From: Candidatus Eiseniibacteriota bacterium
GTDB lineage: Bacteria; Eisenbacteria; RBG-16-71-46; CAZEPH01
NCBI GenBank assembly: GCA_044229145.1
Contig: JBGATO010000005.1
Location: 36,399-100,398, forward strand
Length of the DNA: 64,000 nt
Reading direction: 5' to 3'
Positions 12,669-21,141 of the stretch are shown piece after piece (position 1 is the first letter of the stretch; the number at the start of each line of letters is the position of its first letter). Position numbers and translations under genes: made by a program. The notes under the pieces were generated by a model. It was not told the origin of the DNA and made no database searches. It saw nothing but the letters and a program-made list of their open reading frames with translations.

Positions 12669-13775
12669 CTACCGCAGCACCCGCACCGTTGCCTCACCCG
12701 CCCCACCGCGCAGCACGATCGTGTACAGACCGCGCGGCGCCGCACGCCACGCCGCCACACGATCCAGCACGAGCGACGTCGTGCCCGCGAACTCCCCGCG
12801 CCACAGCGTGCCGCGCACGCGGCCCGTCACGTCGACGAGATATGCCGCGCCCCGCTCATACAGCGGTCCGCGCAATTCCACCGTTCGCGCATCAGCCAGC
12901 CGGCAGTCGAGCCGCGCACCGCGCGCCGCCGGCGTGCCCGCCTCCACCACACGTGTCACCGGATCGAGTTGATGTCCGTGCCGAAACTGCGCGCGCACCT
13001 TCGAGACCTGCCCCGGCGACACCGTGTGCATGACACCGGCGACGTAGATGTGCGACGTGCGGGCCAACGGCGGCACCGGAACCACCAGCACGTACACGGA
13101 ATCGCCCGGCGCCACCGGCCGCGGTCCGAGGCGCTCCGCGAGCAGCGTCGCGACCAGCGCCAGCGAGTCCCACTGCACGCTGTCCGGCAGCCAGCGCGGC
13201 GACTGGTAGACCCGCAACGAATCCAACGTCAGCGACCACGTCGCATCCGTGTTGACGAACGCATAGATCAGCGTGTCGAGCGCCGCCCCCACCGCCGGCT
13301 TCCAATTCGCGAAGAAGAAGCCGTGGTCGGGCAGCAGTTTCGTCCCCGCGAGCGGCGACGCGCCCGATGCCGCGTACTCGACGGTCACGTTGTCGAGATA
13401 GAGCTGATTGTCGTTGTTGAGATCACCCTCGCCCGTCAGGGTGAGTTCGGTATTCGGCTCGGCGTGATTGCCGTAACAGTGGACGTGGACGCGCCACGGG
13501 TGACCGCCACTGTTGTCGTCGGTCGACGTGTCGCCGTGCTGATACCAGTGCGGCGTGACGTCCCATTGGTAGTTCTCGAACCAGTAGTCTTCGGATTCGC
13601 TCTCGGCGACGTGGAAGTCGTACTTCAGGTCGGTCGCCTCTTTCTGCGCGTCGGTGGTGATCTTCTCGGACACCGAGACGTGACTCGAGGCGAATGCGGG
13701 GGTGGGGTTCAATGCCCAAAGCGCAAGGCCCGCCGCCCAGACGGCGGCCATGCGCACGCGGATCAGAGGCACCAT
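12669..13775 (-). CDS. Secreted hypothetical protein with acidic N-domain and degenerate T9SS-like tail
   Basis: GGAGGAGG RBS, signal peptide ending AFA, tail LVDVTGR...GLYTIVL. Confidence 0.75.
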   Translation of the reverse strand: MVPLIRVRMAAVWAAGLALWALNPTPAFASSHVSVSEKITTDAQKEATDLKYDFHVAESESEDYWFENYQWDVTPHWYQHGDTSTDDNSGGHPWRVHVHCYGNHAEPNTELTLTGEGDLNNDNQLYLDNVTVEYAASGASPLAGTKLLPDHGFFFANWKPAVGAALDTLIYAFVNTDATWSLTLDSLRVYQSPRWLPDSVQWDSLALVATLLAERLGPRPVAPGDSVYVLVVPVPPLARTSHIYVAGVMHTVSPGQVSKVRAQFRHGHQLDPVTRVVEAGTPAARGARLDCRLADARTVELRGPLYERGAAYLVDVTGRVRGTLWRGEFAGTTSLVLDRVAAWRAAPRGLYTIVLRGGAGEATVRVLR

Positions 13776-14000
13776 GGTGTGACCTCCTCCGCACGCCGCG
13801 GGAACGCCGTACGTGAGTCGCGCCGGGAGGTCGCCCCGCGGCTGTGTGGTGGACGAACTGCGATACCACTCCCGCGCGCGCCGGCATCCACGATCGTGTC
13901 GATCCGAATGCCTGTCGATGTGCCGAGTCTAGCGCGCGTCCGCCGCCCCGCAAGCCACGCACAGCGCGCCGCGCCCTCAGGCGCACGCCCCACATGCGCA

Positions 14001-14030
14001 AGGCGGGACGACGTCTCCATCGTCCCGCCT
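14001..14030. terminator. Hairpin, probable terminator downstream of the 14108-14443 gene
   Basis: AGGCGGGACGA...TCGTCCCGCCT 11-bp inverted repeat. Confidence 0.55.
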
Positions 14031-14107
14031 CACAAGCAGCGGCGTCTTCGGCTTCACGAACGGAGTGTCGGCGGACACTCACGACCGGACAGCAAGCCGG
14101 TGGTGCG

Positions 14108-14443
14108 TTAGGTCAGATTCCACCGCAATTCGTGGCGCGGCCGACTCGGCCACGCAGCATCCTCCTCCAAACCTCGGGCCGCCGCCACGCGCGCCAACCG
14201 CTCGCGCGTGCGAATGCGCTTCCAGTACATCCGCTTGATCGCCCGTGGCAGATGCCACATCCCTCGGCGCGGTTCCAGTCGCGCACGCACCTCCTCGTTG
14301 ATCGGTACGACCTCGTTGCCATAGCACTCCGGGTCGGCACAGCCGCCCAGCATGTTGTGGATGCACTGGAGTTGAGCGAGACCGCGTCGCAGCAATTTCT
14401 GCTGCCACGCGCGTTCAGGTTCCTGGCGACGGGTACGGCTCAT
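14108..14443 (-). CDS. Small basic hypothetical protein with Cys/His cluster
   Basis: GGGGAGG RBS, TGCTAGCAT extended -10-like element upstream, motif CIHNMLGGCADPEC. Confidence 0.55.
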   Translation of the reverse strand: MSRTRRQEPERAWQQKLLRRGLAQLQCIHNMLGGCADPECYGNEVVPINEEVRARLEPRRGMWHLPRAIKRMYWKRIRTRERLARVAAARGLEEDAAWPSRPRHELRWNLT

Positions 14444-14671
14444 CGAGCAATCCCTCCCCTGGTTCCAGAGGCCGCTGCATGGACAATGCTAGCACTTTCC
14501 GCGGCCGCGACAAGGGAGGTCGCATCGCACGGCCGAGGTGCCTGGCTGGGGCGGGCCGTGGGAGCGTGAGGATGTGACGTGTGGGGGTTGTCGGCAGGGG
14601 CTCGGCCGTGGGCCGGGGGGAATCGTTGGGGTGGTGGTGAGGGTGCGGGAAATCGCGGAGCGGAGAAGTGA

Positions 14672-14745
14672 TGGAGGCGGCGACCGGAGTCGAACCGGTG
14701 TAGACGGTTTTGCAGACCGTTGCCTGGCCACTTGGCTACGCCGCC
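14672..14745 (-). tRNA. tRNA-Cys (GCA)
   Basis: GGCGGCGTAGCCAAGTGGCCAGGCAACGGTCTGCAAAACCGTCTACACCGGTTCGACTCCGGTCGCCGCCTCCA folds as a cloverleaf with GCA anticodon and encoded CCA. Confidence 0.97.
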
Positions 14746-14868
14746 GCAGTTTGGTGCAGGCGGACGAATCTACCATCCCGTCCGGGGCCGGGCAAGCGGT
14801 TCCGCTCCACGCCGCGCGATCCGCCCCACGGGCGGACCGACCTGCGCGGCACCACCGGCGGCCCCTCC

Positions 14869-15222
14869 CTACCGCGTCTTCCTCTCCTCCTCCACGATCA
14901 CCGCCACCGTCTGCGATCCGAGGGTGAACGCCGCGTGGAAGACGCCGTGCACCGCGACCTCGGCCCCATCACGCGGCGCGCCGTGCTTCTCCGAGACGAC
15001 GAGGATCGTCCCGGTGTCGTCGGTGACCTGGAAGGTGCCGTAGTTCAGCACGCCGACGCCGCCCTTCGTGGTGCCGGCGACCCACACCGACTTCCCTTCG
15101 GACTGGCCGGGATCGTCGAGCAACCGGGCGATGGGCGTGCGCGAGTCACACCCGCTGAGGACGGCAAGCCACAACGCAAAAGCGCAGACGACGGAAGCGG
15201 AGGCGAAACGGCGAAGGGTCAT
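14869..15222 (-). CDS. Small lipoprotein, probable OB-fold
   Basis: Lipobox LSGC; FQVTDDTGTILVV..G.EV.V.G pattern. Confidence 0.75.
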   Translation of the reverse strand: MTLRRFASASVVCAFALWLAVLSGCDSRTPIARLLDDPGQSEGKSVWVAGTTKGGVGVLNYGTFQVTDDTGTILVVSEKHGAPRDGAEVAVHGVFHAAFTLGSQTVAVIVEEERKTR

Positions 15223-15299
15223 GAGGGCGAATCTCCAGGTGGACTGCACCGGTGGGCGACGCGTGGGTGCGTGCGAGGCATCGCCGCGTCTCGGCGCTT

Positions 15300-15326
15300 A
15301 GAGGGGACGACGGCCCGCGCGGTTCC
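15300..15326 (-). promoter_or_regulatory. Putative ECF sigma promoter GGAACC-N16-CCTCT
   Basis: Same motif and spacing as 49048-49074; lies ~80 nt upstream of the lipoprotein start. Confidence 0.55.
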
Positions 15327-15460
15327 CGCGGCGCGCCACGGCGCGTCCGTGCGCGACACGCCGCCGCGCGCGCGGCGCGACCGTCGCGACCGGCGTACAA
15401 ACACGTCGCCCCGTCCACCCGCGGCGCGGATGAACGGGGCGAGACGCGAAACGGCAGGCG

Positions 15461-16063
15461 CTAGGGCGCGATCACCGCCCGGCACACGTCGCTCGGGATC
15501 GGCGGCCAGGTGAGTCCGCCGTCGACGGTCTGGACCGCCCCGCCGGTGCAGCCGCCCGTCGAGTTCCCGTCGACGAAGCACGCACCGCTCGGCGCCTCGA
15601 ACAACAGCACGTAGGTGGTGCCGGCGTTCAAGGTCACCTGCCGCGTGAAGCGGATCTTCGCGAGGGTCGCCGACGGGTAGGTGGGCGCCCCGCTGATCGA
15701 GAGTGGAGTGCTCGCGGTGATGAGCGACCCCGGCACGCCGCCGCCGGCGTCGGTGTAGATCGCCGCCTGGATCGTGAACGTCGGCGATCCGTTGTCGGAC
15801 ACCGGCACGAACACGCCGAGCGGCGTCGTGGTCGCGGTCGGGACGAACTGCTGCGCGACCTTCCACCCGAAGCTGGTCGAGATCCCCCACCCCGACGCGA
15901 TCGGGCCGGGGCACAGGTTCATGATGGTGAGCTGGCCGTCGGGCGGCAGCTGGAGCGTGCTGCCGGAGCCCTGGATGAACGGCCGGGGCGCGGCGGCGAA
16001 GGCGGACGAGGCGACGAGAAGCGACAGCGCAAGCGGTGCGACGGCGAGGAAGCGGCGGGGCAT
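15461..16063 (-). CDS. Secreted hypothetical beta-sandwich protein
   Basis: GGAGG RBS, signal peptide (SSAFA), AQQF..AIYTD.GG.PG..LNAGTTY pattern. Confidence 0.75.
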   Translation of the reverse strand: MPRRFLAVAPLALSLLVASSAFAAAPRPFIQGSGSTLQLPPDGQLTIMNLCPGPIASGWGISTSFGWKVAQQFVPTATTTPLGVFVPVSDNGSPTFTIQAAIYTDAGGGVPGSLITASTPLSISGAPTYPSATLAKIRFTRQVTLNAGTTYVLLFEAPSGACFVDGNSTGGCTGGAVQTVDGGLTWPPIPSDVCRAVIAP

Positions 16064-16248
16064 GGTGTCCTCCGGCGACAAGTGAGGGGTGTGGGGGGAG
16101 CCGGTTGTGGACCTACATCTCAACCGTAGAGGCGACTTTGGTCGACGTCAAGCACTCTCCCGCCGCGACGGCGCCCGCCGCCCCCCCAACGCCACGGGGC
16201 GGAGGCCGCCTCGGCCCCCGCCCCGTCCTCGTCAGCTCGGGTGATCGG

Positions 16249-18471
16249 CTAGCGCGTCACCACCCACCGCCACGTCCCCGTCAGCGCGCCTGCTTCGATT
16301 TGACACAGATACAGGCCCGGACTCACGCGGCGTCCGGTGGCGTCTCGCCCGTCCCAGTCCACGCGGTGCGCGCCCGGCGCGTACTGCACACCCGCCGCCA
16401 GCGTCCGCACCGCGCGGCCGTGCACGTCGAACACACGCGCCGTGACCGCTGCCTCGCGCCCAAGGTCGAAACCGAGCGCGGTCTGCGCGACGAACGGGTT
16501 CGGCCCGCTCTGGTACACACGCAGCGACGGCGTCGCGGGCGGCGGCGTCACGCCGACGGTGTTGAGCGAGTCGTAGATGAACGCCACGTACTCGGGGTGG
16601 TCGACGAACGGGTTGCGGTTGTGCTGGATGGCGTAGATGGCGCCGTTGCGCATGCGCTCCTTCCAGCTCACGGGGTCGGCGTTGCACCACGCCATGTACT
16701 GCGCGACCGCCCACTGCGTGAAGTCGCCGTTCGACCAACACGGGCTGCCGGGCCAGCCGCTGTTCTCGCCGTAGTAGCGCGTGGCGATGTAGAACTGGCT
16801 GCGCATGAGATCGCCCTTGTAGCCGTCGATCGGCTCGAAGACGATGCCGGAGTAGCCGGCCGTCACGCTGTTCCCGAGCTTGCTGCCGTTGAGCGACGTG
16901 GTGGTCGGCGTGCCGACGGTGCCGTACGGGTAGTTGGCGCGGTAGCCGTTCACCTTGGCGTCGGTCGGGTACAGATTCCAGCAGTCCGAATAGAGCGGGC
17001 CGGATCCGTTGAACCACGACTGCGGGAACGAGTGCTCGCGGTTGTAGCCGAGTCCTTCCGTCGCGCCCTGACCGGTCTGGCCGAAGCTGTACTCGTACGG
17101 GGGCGTGCCGCCGGGGACGTCCGAATACGGGTCCCACACCTTGCCGTTCGGCTTGACGTCGGTGGTCTCGAACGCGGTGAGCACCTGCGAGTAGCTGATG
17201 ACGGTGTGATTCTTGATGATGTTGTGCAGCGCGATGCGCAGCGCGGAGCCGCGCAGGCCGGCCACCGAGTCGTAGTAGCCGGCGGGAATCGTCACGTCGA
17301 CGTAGTTGAAGCTGCGCGTGGCGCCGTAGGCCACGTCGCCGGTGGAGTCGGCGACGCCGTTGACGGTCAGCGTCTGCGTGCCGGCGGTGACCCCGCGCAC
17401 GGTGATCAGCACCTGCGACGGGTTCGCCACGTCCTGCACGGCGGAGACCGCACCATGCGTGCCGATCGTGTAGTTCGCCGGGTTCTGCGACGACACGCCG
17501 CTCACCGTCTCGCTATAGAACACGAGGAACGTCGAGTCGCTCATCTCGCCCACCGAGAGAACCGACGGCGGCACGCCGCCGCCGCCACCGGGAATCGTGT
17601 AGCTGCGGACGGTGGACGAGCTGGTGGTCGAATCGGTGTCGGCCTTGATCTGGTAGTAGATGGTTGCGCCGCCGGCCTGGCCGGGGATCTGCGCGCTGGT
17701 GCGGTAGGTGTCGCCGGTCAGGAGCGTCATGCCGATCGCGTTCGGCAATGAACCGGAGGACATGCCCCACGACAGCACGACAGCGGTGATCGCGTTCGTG
17801 GTGTCCACGACGCTCGCCTGCACATCGACCGGATTGCCGACACCCGGGGATGCCGGGTCCGTGACGATGTTCGAGATCACCGGGCCGCTCGGCGGCGGCG
17901 GCGTGGAGCCGTTGTGTGTGCCGGGGTTGGCGTCGGTGGCCAGCGTGCGCGCGGTGATCGTCCACTCGGCCGGGTTGTAGTTCGGGTTCGGCGTCGAGAT
18001 GTTCGCGTTGCGCGACATCTCGGAGTCCTTGAACAGCGTGCCGGTGGCCTGCACCTTGTCGACGATGGTCGTGGTCATGCCGTCGAAGTACACCAGCTTG
18101 GCGCCGTCGTTGATCTGGCCGTTCCAGTTGAAGTTGGTCGGGTTGACCGGCTGTGACCACGTCGCCTTCTGGAAGTTCACGGTGAACGCGGTGGTCGGGT
18201 TGGGCGCGCCGCAGACCAGCGCCTGGCCTGCCGCGATGGTGCCGGAGAGCGGCCAGGTCTCGACGTCGACACCGTTGCCGATGGCGATCACCGACCAGCC
18301 GGACAAGTTCACGGCGGCCGGCCCGCTGTTGTAGATCTCGATGAAGCGGTCGGTCAGGTAGTTGTTCTGCGGATCGCACAACTCCGACAGGATGAGGTCC
18401 GCCCGAGCCGCGGAAGCGGTCAGGCACGCCGCCAGCGACGCGGCGGCGGACAGCGCGAGATGCTTTGTCAC
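16249..18471 (-). CDS. Extracellular endonuclease I family nuclease with lamin-tail N-domain and FlgD-Ig/T9SS-like C-domain
   Basis: LILSE..FIEIYNSG (LTD); YNREHSFPQSWF, FEP.D.YKGD..R, NRNPFVDHPEY; tail PNPF...WDGRDATG...PGLY. Confidence 0.92.
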   Translation of the reverse strand: MTKHLALSAAASLAACLTASAARADLILSELCDPQNNYLTDRFIEIYNSGPAAVNLSGWSVIAIGNGVDVETWPLSGTIAAGQALVCGAPNPTTAFTVNFQKATWSQPVNPTNFNWNGQINDGAKLVYFDGMTTTIVDKVQATGTLFKDSEMSRNANISTPNPNYNPAEWTITARTLATDANPGTHNGSTPPPPSGPVISNIVTDPASPGVGNPVDVQASVVDTTNAITAVVLSWGMSSGSLPNAIGMTLLTGDTYRTSAQIPGQAGGATIYYQIKADTDSTTSSSTVRSYTIPGGGGGVPPSVLSVGEMSDSTFLVFYSETVSGVSSQNPANYTIGTHGAVSAVQDVANPSQVLITVRGVTAGTQTLTVNGVADSTGDVAYGATRSFNYVDVTIPAGYYDSVAGLRGSALRIALHNIIKNHTVISYSQVLTAFETTDVKPNGKVWDPYSDVPGGTPPYEYSFGQTGQGATEGLGYNREHSFPQSWFNGSGPLYSDCWNLYPTDAKVNGYRANYPYGTVGTPTTTSLNGSKLGNSVTAGYSGIVFEPIDGYKGDLMRSQFYIATRYYGENSGWPGSPCWSNGDFTQWAVAQYMAWCNADPVSWKERMRNGAIYAIQHNRNPFVDHPEYVAFIYDSLNTVGVTPPPATPSLRVYQSGPNPFVAQTALGFDLGREAAVTARVFDVHGRAVRTLAAGVQYAPGAHRVDWDGRDATGRRVSPGLYLCQIEAGALTGTWRWVVTR

Positions 18472-18621
18472 GAGTGATGCACCTTTCGGGAGAGTGCGGG
18501 GCGGCCGCGCGCGGGGGCGCAGGATGCAGGCTGCCCTGTGCGAGTCGAGAGTGCGCGTTTCCGGCGCCTGCTCAAGGGTGGCGCCCTCAAGTGTACCGCG
18601 CCCGCCGGAGGAGGGTAAAGA

Positions 18622-19017
18622 TCATCGTCCCCCGCCGGGGGATTGCCCCACAGGTCCGCGCGGGGCGCCGCGCGTCGATTCGCACACCACGAATTCTTCG
18701 TCGGCGACGGCGGGTGCCGGCCCGACGTGGCCTGAACTGCTGAAGTCGTTGGCATGCCAGGAGATTTCGACCTCGTGCCCCCGGGGCACCTCGATCGTCC
18801 GCACCTCGAAGTTGAAGACCTCGTCGTCCCACACGACGGCGCCATCGACGAGGACGGTCACCGAGACCGGGCGATTGCAGCCGTTGCGGAACGTCAGGCG
18901 GACGTCGCCGTCGAAACATCCGGCGGATGCGGCGAGCACGAGGACGGCGAGGCTGCGGACCGCCAGGGCCGGCGTCCTCGGACACCGAGTCGTCCACGAC
19001 GAATCGCTCTCGTCCAT
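18622..19017 (-). CDS. Hypothetical lipoprotein
   Basis: GGAGG RBS, hydrophobic stretch and SAGC lipobox. Confidence 0.55.
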   Translation of the reverse strand: MDESDSSWTTRCPRTPALAVRSLAVLVLAASAGCFDGDVRLTFRNGCNRPVSVTVLVDGAVVWDDEVFNFEVRTIEVPRGHEVEISWHANDFSSSGHVGPAPAVADEEFVVCESTRGAPRGPVGQSPGGGR

Positions 19018-19238
19018 CTGCCCTCCGGCGGCGCGGCGTGGCGGCCGCGCGCGGGAGAATCGTATCGCGCCAGGCCAGGCGCGCTGCGGCCCAGTGGTGC
19101 CGCGGCCGCTGCCCCGGATGTCGCCCTGCGAACCGCCTGACGCCCCGCCGCACGGTGGCGAAGTGGACCTGCGCACCCGCTCCCCGGCCCGCCATCGGCT
19201 GCGGCCCAGGCGCCTGCGGTCGTGCTATCCTGCCCGGC

Positions 19239-20936
19239 ATGAGCGAATCCACCACCACACCGCCCGTCCGCACGGACTTCCTCCGTGACATCGTGTCCAC
19301 CGATCTGCGCGAAGGGCGCACCGCGAGCGTCGTGACGCGGTTTCCGCCCGAGCCCAACGGCTATCTGCACATCGGCCACGCCAAGTCGATCTGCCTGAAC
19401 TTCGGCATCGCCCAGGAGTTCGGCGGCCGCTGCCACCTGCGCTTCGACGACACCAACCCGACGAAGGAAGAGCAGGAGTACATCGACGCGATCCAGGCGG
19501 ACATCCGCTGGCTCGGCTTCCAGTGGGACGACCACCTCTACTTCGCCTCGGATTATTTCGAACAGTTGTACGAGTGGGCGTGTCACTTGATCCGCACCGG
19601 CAAGGCGTACGTCGACGATCTCAGCGCCGACGAAATTCGCGCCTATCGCGGCACGCTGACCGAGCCGGGACGCGAGAGTCCGTGGCGCGGACGCAGCGTC
19701 GAGGAGAATCTCGACCTGTTCGCCCGCATGCGGGCCGGCGAGTTCGCCGACGGCAGCCGCGTGCTGCGCGCCCGCATCGACATGAGTTCGGGCAACATCA
19801 ACCTGCGCGATCCGGTGCTGTACCGCATCCTGCGCGCCGAGCATCCGCGCACCGGCACCGCCTGGTGCATCTACCCGACGTACGACTTCGCGCACGGCCA
19901 GTCGGACGCCATCGAGGGCATCACGCACTCGATCTGCACGCTGGAGTTCGCGGATCACCGCCCGCTGTACGACTGGTGCCTCGAGAATCTGCCGGTGCCG
20001 TCGCGGCCGCGGCAGTTCGAGTTCGCGCGGCTGAATCTCACCTACACGGTGATGTCGAAGCGGCATCTGTTGCGCCTGGTCAAGGACGGTCACGTGCGCG
20101 GCTGGGACGATCCGCGCATGCCGACGTTGTCGGGGATGCGCCGCCGCGGCTTCCCTGCCGAGGCCCTGCGCCAGTTCGTGCGCGAAACCGGCGCGGCGAA
20201 GGCGGACAGCGTCAACGAAGTCGAGATGCTCGAACACTCGGTGCGCGACGTGTTGAACAAGAAGGCGCTGCGCCGTTTCGCGGTGCTCGATCCGCTCAAG
20301 GTCGTCCTCGAGAACTACCCGGAAGGCCAGACCGAGGAGATGGAGGTCGCGAACAATCCGGAGGATCCGAACGCCGGCGCGCGCCGCGTGCCGTTCGGCC
20401 GCGAGCTGTGGATCGAACGCGACGACTTCATGGAAGACCCGCCGAAGAAGTTCTTCCGCATGGCGCCGGGGCGCGAGGTGCGGTTGCGCGCGGCGTACTT
20501 CGTGACCTGCCAGGAAGTGGTGAAGGACGCCGACGGCCGCGTCGTCGAACTGCGCTGCACGTACGATCCGGAGACCCGCGGCGGCAGCGCGCCGGACGGC
20601 CGCAGCCCCAAGGCGACGCTGCACTGGGTCTCGGCGGCGCATGGCGTGGCGGCGGAAGTTCGCGTCTACGACCGCCTCTTCCGCACCCCGACGCCGGGCG
20701 CCGGCGGCGACGTGTTCGCCGACATCAACCCGGACTCCGAGCAGGTGCGCCGCGGCTGCGTGCTGGAGCCGTCGCTGGCCGAGATCCCGGCGGGCGAAAC
20801 GGTCCAATTCGAGCGTCTCGGCTACTTCTGCGCGGATCGTGAATCCGCGCCGGGCGCCGTGGTGTTCAACCGCACCCTGACGCTGCGCGACAGCTGGGCC
20901 AAACTTCAGGCCACTGGACGCCACGATGGGGCTTGA
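19239..20936 (+). CDS. glnS: Glutamine--tRNA ligase
   Basis: [46 protein letters not shown]. Confidence 0.98.
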   Translation: MSESTTTPPVRTDFLRDIVSTDLREGRTASVVTRFPPEPNGYLHIGHAKSICLNFGIAQEFGGRCHLRFDDTNPTKEEQEYIDAIQADIRWLGFQWDDHLYFASDYFEQLYEWACHLIRTGKAYVDDLSADEIRAYRGTLTEPGRESPWRGRSVEENLDLFARMRAGEFADGSRVLRARIDMSSGNINLRDPVLYRILRAEHPRTGTAWCIYPTYDFAHGQSDAIEGITHSICTLEFADHRPLYDWCLENLPVPSRPRQFEFARLNLTYTVMSKRHLLRLVKDGHVRGWDDPRMPTLSGMRRRGFPAEALRQFVRETGAAKADSVNEVEMLEHSVRDVLNKKALRRFAVLDPLKVVLENYPEGQTEEMEVANNPEDPNAGARRVPFGRELWIERDDFMEDPPKKFFRMAPGREVRLRAAYFVTCQEVVKDADGRVVELRCTYDPETRGGSAPDGRSPKATLHWVSAAHGVAAEVRVYDRLFRTPTPGAGGDVFADINPDSEQVRRGCVLEPSLAEIPAGETVQFERLGYFCADRESAPGAVVFNRTLTLRDSWAKLQATGRHDGA

Positions 20937-20981
20937 GCGCGGAGGCGTGACCGGCTAGAATCCTCCCTCCGCACCAGGCGA

Positions 20982-21056
20982 TGGCGAGTGGCCAAACGGT
21001 AAGGCACCTGACTCTGGATCAGGGGATTGAAGGTTCGAATCCTTCCTCGCCAGCCA
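20982..21056 (+). tRNA. tRNA-Gln (CTG)
   Basis: TGGCGAGTGGCCAAACGGTAAGGCACCTGACTCTGGATCAGGGGATTGAAGGTTCGAATCCTTCCTCGCCAGCCA cloverleaf with CCA end. Confidence 0.97.
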
Positions 21057-21141
21057 TCCTTCGGAATTGTCGGACTCTCCCGAGACCCTTCCCTGTTCCC
21101 GCGTGTCCTTCTGTCTGTGGTCCGGCGCGCCGTGGCTCGCG

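Noticed and set aside
14580..14650. G-run-rich stretch as a G-quadruplex element
   Set aside because: G tracts are common at this GC content and nothing else supports a function
9950..14745. Genomic island integrated at tRNA-Cys
   Set aside because: Orphan genes flank the tRNA 3' end, but I found no integrase, no duplicated tRNA end and no obvious composition shift
14672..14745. tRNA-Sec supporting the selenoprotein
   Set aside because: The anticodon is GCA, with a short variable loop and 74-nt length, so it is ordinary tRNA-Cys; no sel genes are in this window
18622..18624. Other TGA stops (18622 lipoprotein, copD-like gene, pduS) as Sec read-through sites
   Set aside because: No Cys-motif context and no convincing continuation of the domain; the proteins look complete at the stop
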